Shown piece after piece: positions 1-7,802 of a stretch of DNA of 60,458 nucleotides. A program made the translations under genes and the position numbers. The notes under the pieces were generated by a model, which made no database searches, was not told where the DNA came from, and was given only the letters and a program-made list of their open reading frames with translations. Each line of letters starts with the position of its first letter. Within the stretch, counting starts at the first letter, position 1. The DNA lies in assembly GCA_036160735.1 (NCBI GenBank), contig JAYYDR010000055.1, positions 1 through 60,458 of the forward strand, read 5' to 3'. The stretch comes from Thermoplasmatota archaeon (GTDB lineage: Archaea; Thermoplasmatota; Poseidoniia; Poseidoniales; Poseidoniaceae).

Positions 1-159
1 GATTGGTCGGATTCTCTTTCCGCCCGCAAGTACAACTTGACCCGAGACTTCAGCAACTTCACCGAATGTGGCTGATTGCTCCTCAATGATGGCTTCTAAG
101 TTGGCATTAACCAAATCACGAATCGCATCAATCCTGTCAAGCGCCTCATTGTCCTCCAT
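1..159 (-). CDS. polyprenyl (geranylgeranyl) diphosphate synthase family, N-terminal fragment; gene runs off the window start
   Basis: Reverse-strand ATG at 159-157 opens an uninterrupted frame to position 1: MEDNEALDRIDAIRDLVNANLEAIIEEQSATFGEVAEVSGQVVLAGGKRIRPI. GGKR[IL]RP is typical of trans-isoprenyl diphosphate synthases. Only 53 codons are visible. Confidence 0.4.
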   Translation of the reverse strand, partial: MEDNEALDRIDAIRDLVNANLEAIIEEQSATFGEVAEVSGQVVLAGGKRIRPI

Positions 160-237
160 GGTCTTCCCACAAGGGTCGCCTTCTTAACGAGTGGCTGACG
201 CCCATAACATGCCGGCAATGCCGGCCGAGGTGTGAAA

Positions 238-1377
238 ATGAGTGGAGAAAACCGCTTTGAAATACTACTAACTCCCGAGATTGGAGATGGAGTAAACACA
301 CATGTTCAGAAATTCATTGATAGTTCACCTGATGAACTAGAACTCGAAGCTAAACACGTACCACACGTCGAAACCGCCCTAGAACTTCTAGCTGATGGAC
401 ATGGAGATATGGTCCCTGTATCTGGGGAGTGGTGGTACGATACTCGTTCAAGAGATTTTTCAGCAGCACTTGTTTTACCAAGGCGTGAACCAACTAGAGT
501 ATTGGTTGGAGATGATAAGCCAGAATATCTACCGAAGAATGGAATCATAGTAGCGGATTGTGAGGTTCTACGAAGGCAAATGCTTCGCCTAAGAAATGAC
601 TTGAAAGTTAAGTTACCAAGTGATTTCGAAAACATACCAAGTGATGTATTCGAAAGAGTAGAATGGCTAGAAAACATTAGAGAAAACGGTGAAATTGATG
701 GATTCATCACCACTAGAACTCTTCATTCCAGTTTGAATAATAAACCAAGAAGACACACATTGGGAATGCAAAGAAAGGACGACGCTAGATCCCGATTTAT
801 TCCAATCCCACTAGAGGGTTACACTGTTTTGTTAACAAGGAAGGATTTCCCTGCATCTCGTTTTTCAAAAGTAATCGACATGGGCGCAGCACTTTCTTTG
901 CGTCTTGAGTTAACCGTACTCGATAGCATAGATAGTAACATGAGAGATAAGATTGGATTGGTTATCGAGCAGAGGAAAATTCGCTCAATCATGCAAGATG
1001 TTGGGAATAGAGGGAAATCTATCGGTTCTGAAAACCCGCTCAAAGAATGGAAAACATTCTCTGGCAGTGAAAATTACCAGGGGCCTAAAGACTCAGACCC
1101 TAGAATTGATGTTATCCTTGAAACAATAAGTTCGGATGGTAGTGTAACTACAAGCGTTGAGAGAATTTTCCCAATTGATGAAAGCCATTCTGGAATCCAA
1201 ACTCTAGTGGTAAATTGGCAACAAATACTCAAGATTGCTAGAGAAATTCCCGAGGAGGAAAAACGAGGCCGTATGAAGCAATTGATGGATGATTACATCG
1301 ATGAACTATTGACAAAAGGTAGGTTGTCAGAGGATAGAATATATTCTCCATTATTCAGAGAAGAAGATTATCAATGA
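238..1377 (+). CDS. hypothetical protein with distant porphobilinogen deaminase (HemC)-like layout, probably non-catalytic
   Basis: Long ORF. GAGGTG lies 5 nt upstream of ATG 238 (track start 232 is GTG). EPTRVLV / LPKNGIIVADCEVLRRQ / ENGEIDGFITTRTL / IPIPLEGYTVLLTRKD parallel the HemC blocks DPRDALV / LPxGxxVGTSSLRRxxQ / xGxYDAIILAxAGL / LPAVGQGAxxIExR. The protein has a single Cys, and it is not at the cofactor position. Confidence 0.35.
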   Translation: MSGENRFEILLTPEIGDGVNTHVQKFIDSSPDELELEAKHVPHVETALELLADGHGDMVPVSGEWWYDTRSRDFSAALVLPRREPTRVLVGDDKPEYLPKNGIIVADCEVLRRQMLRLRNDLKVKLPSDFENIPSDVFERVEWLENIRENGEIDGFITTRTLHSSLNNKPRRHTLGMQRKDDARSRFIPIPLEGYTVLLTRKDFPASRFSKVIDMGAALSLRLELTVLDSIDSNMRDKIGLVIEQRKIRSIMQDVGNRGKSIGSENPLKEWKTFSGSENYQGPKDSDPRIDVILETISSDGSVTTSVERIFPIDESHSGIQTLVVNWQQILKIAREIPEEEKRGRMKQLMDDYIDELLTKGRLSEDRIYSPLFREEDYQ

Positions 1378-2001
1378 TCAAATTTGATCTTCACCTGATA
1401 ACTGTCTTATCTTTGCTCTCTGGGCTTCGATGTTTTGCTCATCACGGTCCTCACCAGCGAGAATCAGATCATACCCGTTATTGTTCATTTCCCTATGTAA
1501 CTCAATCATTTCGACTGGGGCATTTGCATCCACAACATCTGCAATTGCTTCGTCAACTTCCCTTGCATATGCCTCCCAAGAACCCGATAATTTCAACAAA
1601 TCTTTGGTCATTCTTTCTATGATATCTACTGCAGATGGTGGCCTTGCCAAAGCACCTTGGATTCGTTGAACTGCATCATTGTGCAAAGCTCTGAGTTCTC
1701 CTAATCTTGTTGCAGCGCCTATAATTTGAGTTACCATTAGTTCTCTATCGCCGGATTTTACTAACCTCTTCCTTGCTTTTTCCAATTCTCGTTTAATCTC
1801 AGAAGAACCGGCAATAATTGCATCTTGGATACTGGCAACTTCGTTTAATATCCCTTGAATTGATTCAACACGGTCTCTCATCTCGCCTTCAAGACGAGCT
1901 TCCTCTCTTCGAAGGTCCTGCCTAACGGAGTCAATTATTCCAGAAGCCAATGCTGTCGCTTCTTTTAGGGAGGATTTGGCTGCTCTTTCATAGCGACCCA
2001 T
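1378..2001 (-). CDS. coiled-coil protein, ESCRT-III / PspA-Vipp1 superfamily-like
   Basis: 207 aa, all-helical heptad-rich sequence, with a mixed or basic N-terminal half and an acidic C-terminal half. KSGDRELMVTQIIGAATRLGEL, MTKDLLKLSG and EVDEAIADVVD resemble the Snf7/ESCRT-III helix pattern. No profile search was possible. Confidence 0.35.
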   Translation of the reverse strand: MGRYERAAKSSLKEATALASGIIDSVRQDLRREEARLEGEMRDRVESIQGILNEVASIQDAIIAGSSEIKRELEKARKRLVKSGDRELMVTQIIGAATRLGELRALHNDAVQRIQGALARPPSAVDIIERMTKDLLKLSGSWEAYAREVDEAIADVVDANAPVEMIELHREMNNNGYDLILAGEDRDEQNIEAQRAKIRQLSGEDQI

Positions 2002-2139
2002 GTTCCGCCCTCGAAGATGCTTGCATATCGAACCGTTTCAAGGTGTTGCTTTTGACGATAGCAAATTAAGCATGCTCAGTACGAAAATTCACCCGCGGAA
2101 TGTGGCTTTTTTGCTTCTCTCGTAGGTGTAACCTCAAAT

Positions 2140-3888
2140 ATGGAGAGGAGTGGAGGAGATTCAAGAGGTATGCGGATGGAGGACAAGCAAACCCTACTTT
2201 CTGAACTTCATCGGGCGAGATTAGACCGCCTGAAGGAAATCTGTGCACAGCATGGAATTTCAAAAAATGGTTCTGTTGAAGTATTGCGTGCCAAACTAAT
2301 CGCAGAACTCGTACTTGATGAGTGGGATTTAAGTCCTGAGGGAATAATGTCTATCCTGAACAACGACTTAGGTGACGTTTTGGCTGTATTCGGAGTGAAA
2401 AAATCCGGCTCTATAAGAGAGAGAAGGCAGAGGCTATTTTTGCACCTAAATCACGACGCTAAGCAACTTACTCCAGAAAAACTCGATTCACTATCTAGAG
2501 ACCAACTGCATGAACTCTGCTCGAGGCTTGACCTGCCGAGGTCTGGAACAAAACAAGCCCTGTTGATGAGAGTTGCAGGGGTCCTTACTGCTCAATCAGG
2601 ACATTGGGGCCAGATTAAGAAAAGTCTCCGCAGACCACGAGGTACTCCCAAACTTATCCAAATTCCATTCCCTTCAGATGAAGAAAGTGGACCGAGAATG
2701 GTAGTTTTATCTCCTGAACCGGTAATTGAGCCGCTTGAAGCGATTGTGATTGATATCGACGAGGTCGAAGAGGTTCCTGAAGTCGAGATTATTGAAGAAG
2801 TCGAAATGATTGCCATTGCACCTGAACCTGTCTTTGAACAGAAATCTGTACCTCTACCCGCAGAAGAGGTGGCAGCACCTCCTAGAGTTACTACCTCCAT
2901 AATGGAAATAAAAGGAAGAATCGCTGAAATTGATGCATTGTGCAGAGATTTCTTGCTCGTTGGAACAATCGACGACTCTGAAGACGTGAACGCATTCATG
3001 TCTAGTCTTGCAGATTATGGTTTTGAGATTGACGGCCCAGATGTAATTGATTTTGTCAAAGGTAGACTGCTATACCTTGACGATATGGCAAAACAGGAAA
3101 AGGACGCTATTCATTCAATGCCAAATTCTTGGAGAGAAAGAGAAGCTTTGCGTAAATTCGAAGATTCAAGATCTCGCCTTAGAGAGATGTTACCTGAAAT
3201 TATCGCAACTAATGATGGTGAGATGGTAAAAGCAAGAATGGCATTTGAGGAGGCTGCAAGAGGAATGCAACTAGACCTCAGACTACCTTCTGTTTCAGGC
3301 AGATTGCACGCATTATTCGACTTACAGGTATCCCTTGATGAAGAAATTGCATCATCCAATCCAAAGAATGCTAGGAGAACTAGAGTCATCAGACTCCTCC
3401 AGCATGGAGCAATTCACTTAGGTCCGAATGACAGGAGGACGCTAGACCGTCTAGAAAGGAACATCGAAGGTTTCGAGCAGTTAGTAGAAACTATTCTAGA
3501 AAAATCAGAAGGCGTGTTTGGAGAATCACAGCAAGCATTGGTCATAAGATTCCTAGACAAGAAAGGATACGACGTTAACAATGCAGAATTAAGGCCAAGA
3601 GTGGTTGCTGCTGCAGGAGTTGTCGGTGCTGAATTAGGGCACATTTCACCAAGTGAAATCCCTCGACTAGCACCCGGAATCAAGGTAAGCGATACCGAAG
3701 TTGATTCTATCATTACAGATTTGAAAAGGCTTGCACAGCAATTCAAATCAAAGGATGAGGAAGAGGTTCACGAGGAGACAGAACTTGCTGAATCGGTTGC
3801 TGATGCTGCAGATAGAGTAAGTTCGATGCGAGCGAAAATCGACGGTGTAGACGATTTACTCGCCAGACTAAAACTCTCTCACGATTAA
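2140..3888 (+). CDS. SAP (HeH) motif protein with acidic low-complexity linker and helical C-terminal domain
   Basis: 582-aa ORF. Three SAP-like helix-extended-helix motifs lie in aa 19-149 (LDRLKEICAQHGISKNGSVEVLRAKL; LGDVLAVFGVKKSGSIRERRQRL; LHELCSRLDLPRSGTKQALLMRV), followed by an E/V/I/P-rich acidic tract. Confidence 0.55.
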   Translation: MERSGGDSRGMRMEDKQTLLSELHRARLDRLKEICAQHGISKNGSVEVLRAKLIAELVLDEWDLSPEGIMSILNNDLGDVLAVFGVKKSGSIRERRQRLFLHLNHDAKQLTPEKLDSLSRDQLHELCSRLDLPRSGTKQALLMRVAGVLTAQSGHWGQIKKSLRRPRGTPKLIQIPFPSDEESGPRMVVLSPEPVIEPLEAIVIDIDEVEEVPEVEIIEEVEMIAIAPEPVFEQKSVPLPAEEVAAPPRVTTSIMEIKGRIAEIDALCRDFLLVGTIDDSEDVNAFMSSLADYGFEIDGPDVIDFVKGRLLYLDDMAKQEKDAIHSMPNSWREREALRKFEDSRSRLREMLPEIIATNDGEMVKARMAFEEAARGMQLDLRLPSVSGRLHALFDLQVSLDEEIASSNPKNARRTRVIRLLQHGAIHLGPNDRRTLDRLERNIEGFEQLVETILEKSEGVFGESQQALVIRFLDKKGYDVNNAELRPRVVAAAGVVGAELGHISPSEIPRLAPGIKVSDTEVDSIITDLKRLAQQFKSKDEEEVHEETELAESVADAADRVSSMRAKIDGVDDLLARLKLSHD

Positions 3889-5120
3889 CGTGACGCGTAG
3901 AAACCTTGGATGACCTTGGTGACTGTTTCAATATCTCTGATATCTCGATTTAGCAGATCACCCAGGATTTGCTCCCTCTGCTTTACGTGTTGCTCAAATT
4001 GAGCGGGAGTTATTCCAGCTGCTGTACAAATCGTTTCCCTCATCTTGGAAGGAATTCCTGTTTCTTCAATCCTATCTGTTGCAGCGTTGTATTTCCAAAT
4101 TGCATTCAATCGGGGCTTATCGCCTTCCATTCCTGCAACCTCAGCAACTTCTGTGATTTTTCTTGCAGTCTTACCATTTACATACAGCCTAGCTTGGATG
4201 ATAATCAGGTCCAAACCAGTAAGCATAATTGGCGGAACGTTCATTGGAGGATTAATCATTCTCGTAATGGTCTCCATTGCAGTGTTTGCGTGCAGTGAAC
4301 CGAATGAACCATCGTGTCCTGTGTTCATTGCCGTAAGCAAAGTAGCACACTCACTAGACCTTACTTCACCCACGATTATTCTGTCCGGTCTCATACGCAA
4401 ACTTGACTTTAGACAATCGTTCATGTCAACTGCAGGAGTACCATCGGGCCTCTCTCTGCGTGTTTCCATTCTCAGCCAGTGGTCGTGGTAAACCTGCAAT
4501 TCAGCCGTGTCTTCTACAGTTAGAAGGCGCTTATGCCATGGAATATACATTCCAAGACAATTGAGTGTAGTGGTTTTACCTGAACCTGTTCCGCCTGCAA
4601 TTACGAAATTTGCAGGCCTGCTGTCCAAACCTTCAATCCATACCCACATCATTGCTGCAAGCCTTAGATTAACGGTTCCAAATTTAATCAAATCAATCAT
4701 GGTTAGTGGGTCTTCACGGAATTTTCTGATCGTCAAAGTCGGTCCATCTGGAGAAACCGGCGGGATTGTCCCGTTTACACGGCTTCCATCCGGAAGTCTT
4801 CCATCGAAGATAGGAACCATGCCTGGACCGTCTCCGAGTGGAACTGATGTGAATGCTGCAATATTCCTTGCAACTTCTAGACCTTGCTGATCATCTACCC
4901 AAACATTGGTCCTACACATACCGTGGTCCCTGTGTGCTACTTTGACGCATTGTGCACCACCGTTGTACATTATTTCTTCCAGATTGTCGTCTTCGAGCAA
5001 TACTGCAAGATTACCATATGGGTTTGGTTCAACTCCTCCGTCGACGTGATACATCGGTGAGGGATGATTTGGTTCCATGTAAACAGTAACTCTTCCATAT
5101 TGCTCCAAAATTTGCTCCAT
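3885..5120 (-). CDS. type II/IV secretion-family ATPase (TadA/VirB11/FlaI-like)
   Basis: 411 aa. Walker A GGTGSGKTTTLN, plus LLTVEDTAEL, RPDRIIVGEVR and GHDGSFGSLHAN boxes typical of T2SSE hexameric ATPases. LEEIMYNG marks the N-domain. Confidence 0.85.
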   Translation of the reverse strand: MEQILEQYGRVTVYMEPNHPSPMYHVDGGVEPNPYGNLAVLLEDDNLEEIMYNGGAQCVKVAHRDHGMCRTNVWVDDQQGLEVARNIAAFTSVPLGDGPGMVPIFDGRLPDGSRVNGTIPPVSPDGPTLTIRKFREDPLTMIDLIKFGTVNLRLAAMMWVWIEGLDSRPANFVIAGGTGSGKTTTLNCLGMYIPWHKRLLTVEDTAELQVYHDHWLRMETRRERPDGTPAVDMNDCLKSSLRMRPDRIIVGEVRSSECATLLTAMNTGHDGSFGSLHANTAMETITRMINPPMNVPPIMLTGLDLIIIQARLYVNGKTARKITEVAEVAGMEGDKPRLNAIWKYNAATDRIEETGIPSKMRETICTAAGITPAQFEQHVKQREQILGDLLNRDIRDIETVTKVIQGFYASR

Positions 5121-5123
5121 ACT

Positions 5124-5855
5124 CTAACCTCCAATTACCAAGACACCGACGTGATAGATCGACATAGAAACCGCCATCCACAAGGGCGCCCACCAAAGTG
5201 CTGAACGCATTCTACCAAGCATTCTACCGCTCACGCAGATGGCAACAAAAGATGCTGCTCCAAAGAACAGTGTGAATGAGGAATTGAATGACTCGAGTTG
5301 GAACCCTTGGGTTCTTGGTGCGAATAATCCAACGATGAATGCGATTAGGAAGGGCAGTCCAACTGAAACAAACATGATGATAAGGATCGAGCGTCCCATC
5401 AAATCTGACTCTCTACGGTTCATTAAATCATTGAGTCTTTCGTAATCTCTTGACATGTCTGCAAGAATATTTTGCAGAGGAGCATCTTGTTCTATAGCGG
5501 TAGACATCAGATGCATTACCCTTTGAACTTGTGAGGAGCGCGATTTTGTTGCAAAACTTGCTAGGGCAGCGTCGAATGAAGAAGCATGGCTTTCAGCCAA
5601 GGTTTCTCTCAAGAGTTTTCCAAGTGCTCCAGTGTTTCTATCCGCTTCTGCCATCATGGCTTGTTGCAGACCCAAGCCCGCTCCGAGAGAATCTGAAAGT
5701 GCTTCAAGCATTGCAGGTAAATCGTTCTCAATGCCTCTTCTGCGGACTCTTTCCAATATGGGAGGTATTCCACCGATTGCACATGCCACACTGAGTGTGA
5801 TGATGAATAGCAAGAGAGGCTCATTTCTAAACATTTCAAGGATTGAGAATAGCAT
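5124..5855 (-). CDS. T2SSF-domain membrane platform protein (TadB/TadC/FlaJ-like half)
   Basis: 243 aa with an N-terminal TM, a soluble helical segment (DLPAMLEALSDSLGAGLGLQQAM) and C-terminal TM helices. There is a 3-nt gap to the ATPase gene. Confidence 0.6.
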   Translation of the reverse strand: MLFSILEMFRNEPLLLFIITLSVACAIGGIPPILERVRRRGIENDLPAMLEALSDSLGAGLGLQQAMMAEADRNTGALGKLLRETLAESHASSFDAALASFATKSRSSQVQRVMHLMSTAIEQDAPLQNILADMSRDYERLNDLMNRRESDLMGRSILIIMFVSVGLPFLIAFIVGLFAPRTQGFQLESFNSSFTLFFGAASFVAICVSGRMLGRMRSALWWAPLWMAVSMSIYHVGVLVIGG

Positions 5856-5858
5856 ATA

Positions 5859-6443
5859 TCACAACCCCGGATCTTTAGTGTGGGCCTTTAGACCAATCAT
5901 TGCCATTCCCAACAAAGTTAGGAACAAACCTACGTTGACAATACTCATAATCATGCCCTGGTCCATTGGACCAAACAATTCTTCTGCATCCTCCATTAAT
6001 TGAGGTGCTATACCTAGAATAGACAGAATAATCGGACCAATCATGCCGATGGATAGCAAGGTTTCGGGCACACCTCCCAACTCCTCGATATACTCCTTGA
6101 CACTCTCTGTCCTTGTCTCTTCCATTCTCTCTCCCTGCTTTCTCAAGGTTTCAATAATGTCAGTGTTTTGAGTGACGTTGTTCAACATAGTGTTAATCAC
6201 TCGCTTGTATCCATCTGTTTCTGCTTTTTTCAAAAGGCCGCGGAGTTCTTTTTCTAACGGACGACCTTTGTTGATGTTCTCCATCAATCCTTCAAAATCT
6301 TTGGATATAATTCCGTAACCACCCTGAGAGATTGAGTGTATTGCAGCTTCAAGACCGACTCCGGAGCCCATTAGAACATCTAAAGTTCTAATCACATAGA
6401 GAATTTCTCTGGACTCGTCTAGTGAACGCATTAAATCCCTCAC
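5859..6443 (-). CDS. T2SSF-domain membrane platform protein (second TadB/TadC-like half)
   Basis: 194 aa. A helical soluble domain (LDVLMGSGVGLEAAIHSI...) is followed by two TM helices. There is a 3-nt gap to the next platform gene. Confidence 0.6.
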   Translation of the reverse strand: MRDLMRSLDESREILYVIRTLDVLMGSGVGLEAAIHSISQGGYGIISKDFEGLMENINKGRPLEKELRGLLKKAETDGYKRVINTMLNNVTQNTDIIETLRKQGERMEETRTESVKEYIEELGGVPETLLSIGMIGPIILSILGIAPQLMEDAEELFGPMDQGMIMSIVNVGLFLTLLGMAMIGLKAHTKDPGL

Positions 6444-6793
6444 CTAATATCTTCAATTAATTCAAAGGTGTATATCTTAGTTGAGCCGTCGTAATCAATT
6501 TTGCCGAATACGCACTTGACATCCCTCTCCTCAAATGGGTCGTGAATGTAAGGCTGGCCGCTTCTGAACATTTTCAGAATTTTCTTGTACTCTTCAAAGT
6601 CCATCTCTCCTCTGATAACATAAATCGCTGATTCTGCACCTTCGTCAACCAAATCATCTCCTTCTCCACCGTGAAGAACTGTTCTAGTGATTCTTCTGGA
6701 AATCGAGACACTGATGTCTGCATTTGGTAGTCTCAGCCAATCAGAACTTGAAGTACCACTTGCCGGTCGAATGAAGAAATCTGTTCCTGCCAT
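6440..6793 (-). CDS. small hypothetical protein, no TM or signal peptide
   Basis: The track ORF 6440-6901 overlaps the upstream gene by 50 nt. Internal ATG at 6793 (MAGTDFFIRPASG...) removes the overlap. The stop overlaps the start of the platform gene (6440-6443). I recognised no family. Confidence 0.4.
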   Translation of the reverse strand: MAGTDFFIRPASGTSSSDWLRLPNADISVSISRRITRTVLHGGEGDDLVDEGAESAIYVIRGEMDFEEYKKILKMFRSGQPYIHDPFEERDVKCVFGKIDYDGSTKIYTFELIEDIR

Positions 6794-6851
6794 GGGCTCA
6801 CCTACTTCAAGCGAGAACGCGAATGGGACTTGAACCTGTTGGAATTGAAGA

Positions 6852-7802
6852 TTAATTTGTAATCTTAAACCAACCAAATCTTGGCTCGTGCACAGTGCCA
6901 TCCTCAGTCAAGTCATCCAGCGCTGCCTCGGATGCGTCTCTATCATGACCTCGAGCAGCGGCGTTTGACAATAGAGTGTCGAAATCGACTCCCTCTCCTT
7001 GGTCTAATCTGGAAATTAGATCAAGTAAGACTTGGTTCAGGTCAATTTCACCATCTGGTGCTGGTGCCTCTTCTTGGGTGCTTTCATGCTCTTCTACCTC
7101 TAAACTGGCCTGAGATTTGGGAGGGTTATTTGGAGTGAATGACGGAACCTTATCTTCTGCAATATCTAGAGCATTCATTATGTTCAAACGATATGACTCT
7201 GTATCAATTTCACCATAATGCTCACCCGCCAATAATAGTCCCTCTCTCATGTTCTCTGGAATACCTGCTGCCGCTAATGCATTGGTTGTCTTCTCTAGAG
7301 AAATCGCCTTTTCTTGCATGTCCATTCTCTCTAGCATACCTTTGCAAGCACTAACTAACCAGTTTCTGTAGACCTCTCTTGTTACGATTGCTGCTTCTTC
7401 TGGGCGTAGACTGGTGTAAACCGCACCCTCTTCATTTTGGAAATAGCGAGCCTTTGCAGTCATTAGCAGCATTATTGACTCTCCATCTTCAATTCTAGAT
7501 GACAGTTGTATTGTCAGTTCTCTCATGGATTCTGGAGCGTAATCCCCCACGGAGAAGAAGTGCAGTCCGGAAGGGTCTCGGAGTTGTCCTTGCCACAAGG
7601 TGGAGCCATTCGATGTCTCACGGGGATCCAATCTTTCCAGCATACCAGCCACAATGACTCTATTGACTTTAGCTCCGAGTTTTGTTATGATGAACATGGG
7701 GTCAAATTCTCCTGAACCTTGTTGGTTAAGTGTTGAATCACTGAACTCTGATGCTAGCATTGGCCACGCTGGTTGTCTTCTAATTCTTCTAGCAGGCTGC
7801 AA
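6852..7802 (-). CDS. RPA32-like / RPA-associated OB-fold protein
   Basis: 316 aa. An OB-like core (VNRVIVAGMLERLDPRETSNGSTLWQGQLRDPSGLHFFSV) is followed by an acidic linker and a winged-helix-like tail (AALDDLTEDGTVHEPRFGWFKI). The start codon abuts the stop of the RPA large subunit (7802/7803). Confidence 0.55.
   Translation of the reverse strand: MQPARRIRRQPAWPMLASEFSDSTLNQQGSGEFDPMFIITKLGAKVNRVIVAGMLERLDPRETSNGSTLWQGQLRDPSGLHFFSVGDYAPESMRELTIQLSSRIEDGESIMLLMTAKARYFQNEEGAVYTSLRPEEAAIVTREVYRNWLVSACKGMLERMDMQEKAISLEKTTNALAAAGIPENMREGLLLAGEHYGEIDTESYRLNIMNALDIAEDKVPSFTPNNPPKSQASLEVEEHESTQEEAPAPDGEIDLNQVLLDLISRLDQGEGVDFDTLLSNAAARGHDRDASEAALDDLTEDGTVHEPRFGWFKITN

Noticed and set aside
96-299. 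67-aa minus-strand ORF
   Set aside because: It spans the divergent promoter gap and overlaps both the polyprenyl synthase start and the start of the 238-1377 gene. It has no motif and no ribosome-binding site, so it is most likely a chance ORF.
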